DNA of 64,000 nucleotides from Trichosphaerium sp. ATCC 40318 (taxonomy: Eukaryota; Protista; Tubulinea): assembly GCA_038496445.1 (NCBI GenBank), contig JALMLS010000329.1, positions 1 through 64,000 of the forward strand. Reading direction: 5' to 3'. The translations under genes were made by a program, and so were the position numbers. Shown piece by piece: positions 1 through 10,194 of this stretch. The notes under the pieces are model-generated. The model did not search any database. It had not been told where the DNA came from and saw nothing but the letters and a program-made list of their open reading frames with translations. How positions within the stretch are numbered: the first letter of the stretch is position 1; each line of letters opens with the position of its first letter.

Positions 1-2908
1 GAGAGGAAGAGGCACCAGGCTTCTCAGAAGAAGATTCACCATTGTTGGATGGTGCAAGTGCTAAGTAAGAATAACATGAGTGCTGAGTTATGTCAAAAAC
101 AAAAACAAACAAAAAAAAAAAAAAACTTCGAGCTATTTTTCAACAGGTAAAACACGTGTCAGAAACGACCGCGAGCTCGCGGTCTAATGTGAACACGTAA
201 AATATGTGTTCGCATTTAACGTACCTCGTTTTAGTCTTTGACTGCTTCTTGTGGTCATCTTTGTTGGTCCTGACCTTTTATTTACATCATGTTTTGATGT
301 AGAGGGCTGTGGTTTATCAGAATCTAAATAACATCAACTGGTACATTGGTTTATGAAGAAAAAAAAAAAAAATGAAAAAAAAAAGAAGAGAAAAACCAAC
401 ACATCGCGATCGTGTTCGTACCGAGTACGATCGGTCTGTGAGTTACTACACTTTCAAACCAAGGCTCACTTGATTTTTTGAACAACCCATGTGCTCTGCT
501 GCTTCTTCTTGGTCTTTTTTGCAGCTGGATTTCTTCTGAAACCTCATCCTCAACCTCATCCTCAACCTCATCCTCATCCTCATCTTCTTTTTCTTCAAAA
601 TCTTCTTCTTCATCTGATGTAGGAGGAGTTGTTTTAACCATAGGCTTCTTTTTCTTGCCTTTGCCTTTACCTTTTTTTTTATGCCTGTTTATGGCACTGC
701 CTTCACTTGCCCTTGCATTGGCAGTGTTTTTGGCCCTTGTATCTCTAAAAGGTAAGTAGGCATTCTCCAACATGGCTTCTAACTGAGGAGCTACAAAGGA
801 CATTAGTTTAAAAGTAAACTAGGGGAGAAAAAAAAAAAAAAAAAAGAAAAGAAAAGAGGTACGACCGCTACGTTCGACGAACAGGCGATTCGCGTGTAGC
901 GCCGAGCGCGACATTGGATGTGTAGTGTAAAAAAAAAAAAATGGCACTTACTTGCTTCTTCCACCTCAGGCAAATCCAAGCACTGCATAGACAACAGAGC
1001 AGTGTGAGAGAAGGAGAGCACATTTGCTGCTTGCTTGTACTTCATCTCTTCTATAACCATCTTGGGCAATTTTTGGCCATCTTCTGTGGTGCCGGTCCAA
1101 AGCAAGTGCAGGTCGTACATCAGAAGCTGGCGAAATATACACGGACGCAGGCTGTTCGCGAAATTCACGTGCTCCTCCTCGGTGCTCGTGTCCCACGAGA
1201 GCTCGTACCAACCGAGCTCGTTCAGCTGTCTCAAGGCCTCGAGTTAAAGTTAGATGAGGGTGGAGGGAGAAGAAAAAAAAAAAAAACAACAAAAAAAAAA
1301 ACAACAAAAAAAAACTGACCGATTGGTTTTTTTTTTTTTTTTGTACCTGTGTGATATATTGGCTGCAGTTCTTGTACCTCTGCAAATAATAAGATTGATT
1401 GGTCTCATGATACACCCTGCAGGTCAGTGCCTTGACAAACTAAATGTACAAGTTAGGCACAAACCCTTTTTTCAAAAAAAAAATATAAAAGGTACTTGAC
1501 TTACTGCTATTCTGGCATGGAGAGGTAACTCTGCCCATGCAGCATGAGCCAATATTCTAGTCCTGTAGCCCACTGGATGTTTGGTGTGCTATGATGAGAG
1601 TGTGAGTGAACAGCCGAAACTTTGTACGACACACAAAATGCGTGTTCGAAAAACCACGAGCTCGCGGTCCGTACTTCGACACGCGAAATGCGTGTTCGAA
1701 TAAAGACGAAAGCCTACGTACCACATTTTCAGCAGATGCAACCAATTCTGCTATCAGAGCACTGTCCAATGGCTCAAAAAACATGCCAGCCTTAACAAAC
1801 TGTTTGCTTTCTTTCCAGTTGGTCACATATGGAAAGTATAGATTCATCTTAACCAAAAACTAAACAAAACAATCAGTTATAACATACAAATAAAAAAAAA
1901 ATACAAGCTAAAAATCGTCGGTTTTACAACAGAGTATTTTAGTGTTCGTACGCGACCGCGAGCTCGCGGTGCGATTTACGACACGCGAAACCTCTGTTTA
2001 AAAATACTTGCAAAAAAAAAAAAAAAAAAAAAGATTAAAAAAAGATTAAAAAAAAACAACCCTCACCTCTTTCCATTCAGCAGGACTGAGCTGAGGTTTG
2101 ACTCTGCTGGCTCCCCATATCGCAAAATTCACCTTACCTATATCTCCCGCCTCCGCTTGGTAATCGAAGACCTGGCCCGCGTCGTCGCACCACATCTTGA
2201 ACAGGTGGCGGTAGCGATCCACCTTGGAGTCTGGAGTGGTCAGACTTTGCAGAAAGTTGATCTTGGTGCAGTAGATCGCTATCGCTTGCATCTTGGCGAA
2301 AGGATTTATCCACTCCACATTTTTGATTGCAAATTTGCAGGTTTTAGCTGCATTTTGTCTAAGGCAAACAAGTAAGAAACAATTGAACAATAAGGTAAGG
2401 AAAAGCAAAAAACCAGAAAAACAAAAAAAAGGTTCGTCGTTCGAGGTTTTTTTACGACAGGAAAATCTCGTGTTCGAACGCGACCGCGAGCTCGCGGTCG
2501 GTCGACCGACACGTAAAATAAACGTGTTCGAAAATATTCGCGAACGTACGCCAACTCTGTCAAAAGACAGTGTGCTCCATCTCCAACTCCAAAGCCAACA
2601 ATAGGGTCTGTATTGTACTCATCACACCAAACAATAGGCATAGGGCAAAGCACAAACCTTTTGGTAAAGGTTTCATAAATAGGCATCTTCTGTATAATGT
2701 TCCTGGGGTTGACTCCTCTGACATTCAAAAAACAAGCTATGTGTGACATGTCCAAGGGGCCTTTGTAAAATGAGGGCTTCTTCACTCTCAGATACTTCTT
2801 GTTGATAGAGTTGGCAGCAATCCCTCTTAGCAAGCCTTTTTTATTGATGACTTTATGATGCAGCCATTCAATTTATTGGTGCCTGACTTCATGTAGCTAC
2901 AAATAAAA

Positions 2909-2950
<42 letters not shown>

Positions 2951-3410
2951 GACGACGTTCGTTTTCGAACACGTAAACGCGTGTTAAAAAATATCGCGAA
3001 AATTGTTACTTACTCCACAAAGAGATGGAAATCTGAATCATTGCCAAAGCTCAAGGAATCTCTAAAATGGACCAAAAGAAGGGCAATGTAGTACCAAGAA
3101 TCTGTGACATGAAGTCCCATGGCTGTGTAGAATATGCCAGTCCAGAGTAGCACCTGCCAATACAACTGTCTCCACTTGCAGCTTATAATCCATCCATTCC
3201 TCTCCTTCTCCTCTACCTTCGATTCCTCATCTCCGTGTTCTCTCGGCATGGGTTCGTGCTCCTTGTAATCTCTGGTGTAGTTGCCTTCGAAGTGCATCGG
3301 CTTCCACCACTTTTCTTCATCCGAGGAGTAGATTTTTTTGACATCTTCTATAAACTTCTGCAGTTGGTCTACTCCTTCAACAAATGGAAATCTCTCCTAA
3401 AGAAACAAAA

Positions 3411-3443
<33 letters not shown>

Positions 3444-5113
3444 CTAAAAGCGACGATTTTACAACAGGATATTTAAGTGTTCGTACACGACCGCGAGCTC
3501 GCGGTCACACGTTCGACACATGAAAACTGTGTTATGAATACTTTAGGGAAAAAAAATCAAAAAATAATCAAAAAAAAAAAAATCAGAAAAAAAAAAAAAA
3601 ACAAAAAAAAAAAAAAAAAAAAAAACGAAATAAAACGAACACGGCCCGCGCGTGTATGTATCGGAAAACGTACCTTGAATGCTGCCTTCAGCTTGTTGTT
3701 AGGAGTTATTTGGGACTCCAACACATTATCAAAGCTGGCAGCAAAAAACCCATTTAGGCATCTCTTCATCCTCTTGATGGGCATGGTTTTAGCATAAACC
3801 AACTGGTTGGCTATGATAACACCTCTACATAGATAAATTAGTTGAAATGAATTAAAAAAAAAAAAAAAACAAAAAAATAAAAAAAAATATAAATGGCAGC
3901 TACGTTTACGAACATGCGCCGCGCGTGTTGCGTCGAACGCGAACTTTAATGGGTAAAAAAAAAAAAAAATGGACAAAACAAAAAAAAAAAAAAAAAACAA
4001 AACAACCAACTTACTCAAAACCAAAGATAACATCTCTGTGTTCTCCAATAAGAGTACCCACAATTTTTGTTTCAGTGTTGTGGTTTCCATGACTACTCAC
4101 AATCATCCAACCAGGGCTTGTTGGAGCTAAAAAGAGTATTAGAAGATGGCACATTAAATAAAAATACAAACACGTTTTTTCGTGTGGAAAATATGACCTC
4201 GAGCTCGCGGTCGGAAACGAACACATTAAAAACGTGTTACGTACACAACGGCAAGCTTGCAGTCAGTTATAAAGCAAGACTTTAAAAAAAAAAAACGGTT
4301 TTTAAAAAGTACACACTTTTTATGTGTACGAAAAACCGACCGCGAGCTCGAGGTCAGGTACGAACACAATAAACATGTGTTGTATACCATAAAGCAAGCT
4401 TGCAGTCAGTTATAAAGCAAGACTTTATAAAAAAACGGTTTTTTAAAAAGTACACACTTTTTATGTGTACGAAAACCGACCGCGAGCTCGCGGTCATGTA
4501 CGAACACGTAAAAAGCGTGTTTAAAATCGTACAGCGAGCTCGAGGTCTGTAAAAAAAGCAAAAACAAAAAAAAAAATTAAAAAAAAAGTACACAATTAAA
4601 TTGTGTACCAAAACCAACCGCCAACTAGCGCGACATGCGAACACGCGATATACGTGTTCTAATACCGCGGCGAGCTCGCTGTTGAAAATTGAAGCAAAAT
4701 AAAACAGTGTGAACCAAAACCAAACGAAAAAACAACGCACACGCGTTCTGCGTGTTACGAAACCCCGTTTGAGTTTGGTTCTACCATGCAAAAAAAACCG
4801 CATGGTAACGGAAAAATCGTACACATGAAAACCGTGTACAAAAACCGTCGTTTTTTTCGAAATTTACTTGAAAAAATAACAAATTTAGGGTTTTAAAAAA
4901 ACCATTTAAAAGCAAAAAAACCCCCTTTATTAGTCTTTAAAAATTAAAATAAGACTAATAAAGGGGGTTTTAAAAAAAAAAGAGTAAAAAAAAGAGGTTA
5001 GTACCTAGTTTTTTCTTCCTCCTGAGCTTGGGCTTACCATCAGCTTCTTTGGAGGGCTCATCCTCATCAGAAAACTCAATGTTTATGAGAGAGAGGTCTT
5101 CATCTGAGCTCAT
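1..5113 (-). CDS. Gene A: uncharacterised multi-exon protein (>820 aa, 3' end outside window) with a putative ParB/Srx-like domain and a Lys/acid-rich low-complexity region
   Basis: Hand-spliced GT-AG exons with consistent phases: 5005-5113, 4015-4126, 3674-3824, 3014-3396, 2550-2896, 2067-2358, 1722-1859, 1505-1588, 1347-1439, 952-1237, 470-790, 225-323, <1-60. Exon 5 is 1 nt short (frameshift near 2840). Motifs are VRGVNPRNI...GVGDGAHCL...INFLQSLTTPDSKVDRYR. The paralogue, gene B, has identical intron positions. The gene model is well supported; the ParB-like call is tentative. Confidence 0.8.
167..4679. repeat. Dispersed type-A palindromes GACCGCGAGCTCGCGGTC in gene A introns
   Basis: Copies at 167-184, 1653-1668, 1954-1971, 2481-2500, 3489-3506, 4195-4212, 4338-4355 and 4478-4495, plus degenerate copies at ~4534 and ~4670. 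All are intronic and often flanked by GTGTTCG...CGAACAC. Confidence 0.95.
4252..4530. repeat. ~140-bp direct tandem duplication in gene A intron 1
   Basis: gcaagcttgcagtcagttataaagcaagacttt...gaccgcgagctcg occurs at ~4251 and ~4394. Confidence 0.9.
4917..4971. other. Perfect 21-bp inverted repeat with 13-nt loop, gene A intron 1
   Basis: aaaaccccctttattagtctt - 13 nt - aagactaataaagggggtttt. Confidence 0.9.
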
Positions 5114-5411
5114 CCTTGATTTATGAAAAGTCAAAAAAGTAAAATGAGGCTTTTTTTCCCCCAATAATCGCGTTGAGAAATAGACAGGAATATTTCGTGT
5201 TTCGAAATGTGAATCGGAAATTTCGCCTGTTTAAAAAAAGTAAGAAAAAAATGAGAATTTGACAGTTTGCAAGATTGTTGATGAGGTTCTGGGTTTGTAA
5301 AAAACCCTATCTTGCTGTAACCCTACAGGGAGATTGTATGTGCAAAAAACATAAAAAAAAGCCAAAAAAATCGAAAAAATTTTACAACAGGGTAGAGTAG
5401 TGTACAAAAAA

Positions 5412-7315
5412 ATACGGTTGGTACATACTCCTAAACCCTAACCCTAACCCTAACTAATGTTCGGTGAAACCCTAGTATCAGTGAATTAAGGTTTTGTACA
5501 TAGGGCTTAGGGTTTTAACCCTAGTGTTCGCTGATTCTCGTTCAGTGAACCAACTACCAAAAAAGGCAAGTCTTGCTCATTAAGCGAAAATATACACTAA
5601 ATATTAAAAAACTTAGTACTTCTACAAAAACACCTCATAACTATACACCAAGGTAATATATATAACTCATACTTTATACACAATAAATTAAGGCATATGA
5701 CATAAGATACATCAAGCGCTACATGTATGATGATATACATGGCGAGTAATCAAAGCAACCCTAATGGATAAAACTATAAAATGGAAAAAAATTATTTATT
5801 TGCTATCACTACTAAATACCATGATCATTTAGAACCAAATCATTGTTATTTTCTATGTAGCTACAATATAATACTTTATAAAAATATATTGTATGATAAC
5901 ATAGATGATATTAAAACTGTTATTTATATCATTTTTTAGTACAAATAGCATTTTTTGTATGTTGACATTGAGAAAAAACCTTTATTTTAGCACTAAGATG
6001 ATATATTCTTTTATAAAAAGTATGTTATATATCTAATAATCAAATATAAAAACAATTATGTATGTAATTTTAACATAGGTGGCCTTGATAGGCCTATATA
6101 CCACAAAAAAAAATAAAAAAGCTATAATTCTCAATAAAACATCTGTGTCGCTGCATTAAAAACATCTATTGTATTCATGTTTCACAAGTCATCAACCACC
6201 ATGCTTGAGATCATGTATGTGCAATAGATTGCAAATATATGATATAAGTCCAACAAAATAGATGAATTACATAAACACACACCAAAAAATTATTGGCACT
6301 ATAAAAAGCTCTATGCCAATATAATTTTACATCCATGATAACATTCCTAAATGGATAGAAAGTAGCCATATAACAAAGATATATGGCATCAAGAGGTACC
6401 ATGGAGGCAAAGCTGTTTTTGGCAAAAATGGCATTTTTTTGGTTTTTTTACCATAAAGTATGATTGTAGGTAGCTTCATCAAGATCATCTATGTATATAT
6501 AGTAAATTATAAGATGATGCCATGATGTTTGTTAATAGGAAAATGAAGAATCGCACACCATAGATAATATATGGGGGGCCTGGTGCATCAACAAACAATG
6601 TCATCATTTTTGGCCAAAAAGGGCACGAACTCAAAATGCTTCTAAGCCTTCAAATCCAACCATCATTTTTGTTTTTATATAGGCTTATATAAAGTATATT
6701 AAGATGGCATAACATTTAAAGTAAATATTCATAGGGGGTATGGTGAACGACCACTAAAAAATGAAAAAATGCTGGAAATTTCTACATTTTCCTGATTTTG
6801 GATCGCATATATGCCACCCCACCAAATAAACTTATACCTCTTATTATTGCTATGCAAGTACTATATATCCTCAGTCGCCATCGATCCATCATGTTGTTGG
6901 CTGTGACCATTTTCGAAAACATGTGCTATAAAAGGTAAAACATATAAATGAACTAATAACTATTCATGATGCATAGGTATGACAAAATAGATAAATGCAT
7001 TGGATTCCTTGAGCAAAATGGCATACATGTATATGTATAAGTGAAACATAGGTGGTCGTGTAACTGCAGCCTCCAAGCAAAAATGTATCCAATTTTTTGC
7101 TAAAAAAATCCCATTGGAAAAATCAAAAAAAATCCAAAAATCAAAGAATGGCTCACCAAATCGACGTATACTGCTATAAAATCCTACAAACCATCAGCAA
7201 TCGGGTAATTTATGCCAATGTATAAGGTACAAAAAACAAAATTGGCTTAAGTGATATGATAAGGTATGCGGTAATGCATGGTTCAAATTAAATCCCTAAC
7301 CCTAACTAAATTAGT
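5412..7315. repeat. Non-coding block R1 with telomere-like repeats
   Basis: Starts atacggttggtacatactcctaaaccctaaccctaaaccctaa. Region 5412-5810 aligns with 10214-10617. A further ccctaaccctaa lies at ~7293. CpG-poor and CATG/TATA-rich. Confidence 0.75.
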
Positions 7316-7772
7316 ACATTATTTGGTGGATTTTGTACAATAATTCTGAAAATTCCATATTTAAGGGAATATTATGGTAATTCTATCAAAAATCCTGCCA
7401 TAAAAAAAAATAAAAATAAGAATTCTTCACAAATTACCTTAAAAATCCCTAAAACAAAGGAATTTAGTGGGATTTATATCCAAAATCCCGTTTTCATTTT
7501 ACCACTGTACATCTTGAACACTCTCCGTAGCTTGTCGACGAGCGAATCCTTGGTTGTCCTCTGCTCTATCTCGTTTATGGAGCTGCAGTACATAGAAATG
7601 GCATCCATCTGAGCAAAAACATTGATCCATTGAATGTTGTCACTTGGAATACCAAAGTTGGTATTTTCTTCGGCCATTCTTCTACATTGTAAAAGTCAGA
7701 CATAGAGGATAAAATAAAGATGTGGGAAAAAAAAGGGGGGAAGAAAAGACAAATACAAACGTGCGTCGACGC

Positions 7773-9473
7773 GGTCGCGAGCTCGCGACCTACGTACGAC
7801 AGGGAAATCTTTGTGTAAAGTCATCGAACGTACATTAGTGCTGAAAGCAAGCAGTGGGCTCCATCTCCTACAGCATAGCCAGGTAGTTGAGCAACCCTTA
7901 TGTGTGGAACCAAAGGCATTGGACACAACACAAAGGTTTTACCTGCGTTCGAACCCTTCTCCAGCTTCTGAATGATGTTCCTTGGGTTCACTCCTCTGAC
8001 ATCAAGAAAACATGCAATGTGGGACATATTCATGTGGTCAGGATACTTGTCAGGCTTTGTCACTTGGATCTGATGCAAATCAACAGAACCAAGAGCAACA
8101 CTTGCCTTCAGAACATCCTCTTCCCCATCAATTAAAATGTCACCATTGAGCATGTTTGTCTTTTTAAGAAACCTAAAGAAATAGACAAAGTGAGCGATGC
8201 GCCGTTTCACAAAGAAAAACCTGCAAACGCGGCCGTCGCGAGCTCGCGACCGACACGACGCAAAAAAAAACAAGTGAAAAAAATTAAAAGATTCGTGTAC
8301 TCTGTATATGCTCGGAAGTCCTTGTGATTTCTAAAGGACAGAGAATCTCTGAAAAATACCATCAAAATGGCACAGTAATACCAGGAGTTTGTAGCAGCAA
8401 GTCCCATTGCTGTAAAAAAAACACCTGTCCAAAGCAAAATCTGCCAGTAGAGCTGTCTGGTAACACAATTACCATACCAATAGAGATCAAAGTCAGCCAG
8501 TTGTTTTCTGGTTGGCTTTATGTCCTGCTTTATGGCCTCACTGAAGTAGGATTTGTGCTCTGCAAGCTTGTCCATAGGGCTCCACCATCCTCTAATATCA
8601 TCTTCATAGAGGCTCTTCACCTTATCCAACCAAGAAGTTAGACTGTTAAGGCTGATGAAGCAAGGGAACCTCTCCTACAGAAAATAAATCAGCGACGGTA
8701 GCGCGCGACGCAACAACGAAACTGAGAAAACGGAAATACGTACCCTGAATTCCTCGGACAGCTCTTCGTCCTCTGTGGTTTGGCTTGCAAGGACAGCCTC
8801 AAAGCCAAGATCAAAAAATTGGACAAGCTTTGTAGCCACTTGTGCCATGGGCATGGTTAAGGCATAGACAGTGCCTGCAACAGTGAGTTGTTTCCTGTAC
8901 AAACAGTCAAAGGTTATAATGAACAATGTAAAAAAAAAAAAAAAGTTCAAAAAAATTACTTACAGGAAGCCAAAGTGAACATCTTGGCTCTCAGGCAACA
9001 GAGTGCCAACAATTACTCCAGCATAGAAGTCATAGTCAGTGCCACCAACACAAATCCATCCAGTCTTAGTGGGCACTAGATAAAACATTAGAAAGGATTA
9101 AGATTGGAGTGGGGGGAAAACCAAATAAGTTGACAAAGGGAACCCTGCGTAAAGCAAGTCGCGAGCTCGTGACCTACGCGCGACAATTAAAAAACTGTGT
9201 CGACGCGGTCGCGAGCTCGCGACTTGCGTACAACAAAAAATAATTTGTGTCGACGAGGTCGCGAGCTCGCGACTAGCGTACGACATAAAAATTATTGCGT
9301 CGAGCCGGTTTTGAACTCGCGCAAAAAAAAAAGAAAAAATTGCTAAAGTTTCTTTAAATTGCGTCGCTGTAATTTAAACGCGACAATAAAACGTTTGTGT
9401 AACGCAAGTCGCGAGCTCGCGACCTCGACACAACAAAAAAAAATATGTGTCGAACGGATCGCGAGATCGCGAC
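7773..9473. repeat. Type-B palindromes (G)GTCGCGAGCTCGCGAC(C) in gene B introns
   Basis: Copies at 7773-7790, 8235-8250, 9158, 9208, 9258, 9408 and 9458. Confidence 0.95.
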
Positions 9474-9480
9474 TTGCGCA
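9140..9480. repeat. 50-bp-period tandem array (~7 units) of palindrome-containing repeats in gene B intron 1
   Basis: Palindromes start at 9158, 9208, 9258, 9408 and 9458, with degenerate units at ~9308 and ~9358. Confidence 0.9.
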
Positions 9481-9602
9481 AGGTTTAAAAAACTTTGTAA
9501 AACAATTTAGGAGCAGACCCAAGTTTGAGAAATACAAAGGAAAATTTTCATTGAAGAGAATTTCAAAATTAAGGGTCTTTGAAAAATACTCCCAAAAGCA
9601 AA

Positions 9603-9657
9603 AAAACCCCTTCTATTAGTCTTAATTAATTAAAAAAAGACTAATAGAAGGGGTTTT
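9603..9657. other. Perfect 21-bp inverted repeat with 13-nt loop, gene B intron 1
   Basis: aaaaccccttctattagtctt - 13 nt - aagactaatagaaggggtttt, with compensatory changes relative to the gene A copy. Confidence 0.9.
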
Positions 9658-10194
9658 AAAAAAAAAGAAAGGAGTTGTACCTTGTGTGCCTCTAGACCTT
9701 AGAGGATTCTCCTCTGGCTCCTTTGAGGCCTTCTTCTTCTTGCCCTTCTTCTTTTTAGATGCTTTAGGGCTGCTCATTTTGATTTATAAAAGTCAAACTT
9801 ATACAATTCCGCCGATTTTTAGGTCGACGGGAGTTCGCAAGGGGTATGCTTGTGTTACCGCATATGCTATTTGTAAAGATGCATTACCAAAAAACTTTGT
9901 TTGTGTAACTACCGAGATGTGAAAAAGGGTAAAAAAAGAGGAGAAAAATAGGAAAAAAACAGGAAAGCCATCTTCACAAAGGACATAAAAAAAACACTTG
10001 AAAAATACATTTACAAAAAATGGTTGCCTGTGAAACAGCAAAGTGATTTTTTTCTGATTTTGTAAAGTATCAGGGTTTTGACCTAGAACAATAAATGACA
10101 GGTCAACATTAGTGTTAATAATACCTGCACTGGTGCAAAAAAATTTTGAAAATAGATAACACAAGTCAGAACATGTGAAATGGAAAAAAAAAAT

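Larger units (their letters stand above)
7474..9777 (-). pseudogene. Gene B: 3'-truncated (or short) paralogue of gene A
   Basis: Exons 9681-9777, 8964-9075, 8744-8894, 8301-8674, 7834-8172, ~7503-7681. Exon 2 and 3 lengths (112, 151 nt) and all intron phases match gene A. Shared motifs include RQLYWQxLLWTG, MSHIACFLxVRGVNPRNIIQK and VGDGAHCLL. Homology stops after FKMY (~7505), with an in-frame stop at 7474, whereas gene A continues for more than 400 aa. Confidence 0.75.

Noticed and set aside
2870-2885. TAA read as sense (alternative genetic code) in gene A exon 5
   Set aside because: Conserved genes here end in TAA, TAG or TGA. Alignment with gene B (TNKLNG/TNMLNG) favours a frameshift.
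4354-4824. 156-aa ORF and other Phe/Lys-rich or PRAR/ASSR-containing ORFs in 1-12 kb
   Set aside because: These are translations of intronic palindromes and homopolymer runs, or antisense shadows of real exons.
5430-5455. True chromosome telomere
   Set aside because: There are only 3-4 mixed units, located internally with complex sequence on both sides.
5810-7290. Transposase or other coding remnant within the R1/R2 interiors
   Set aside because: Only short ORFs are present, with no DDE, HUH, tyrosine-recombinase or RT motif that I could recognise. The element class therefore remains unassigned.
9140-9480. CRISPR array (palindromic repeats at regular spacing)
   Set aside because: The spacers resemble each other, the array lies in a spliceosomal intron of a eukaryotic gene, and there are no cas genes.
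61-9680. Introner-type (transposon-created) introns
   Set aside because: Intron positions are shared by the two diverged paralogues. Only an internal motif is repeated, not whole introns or their ends.
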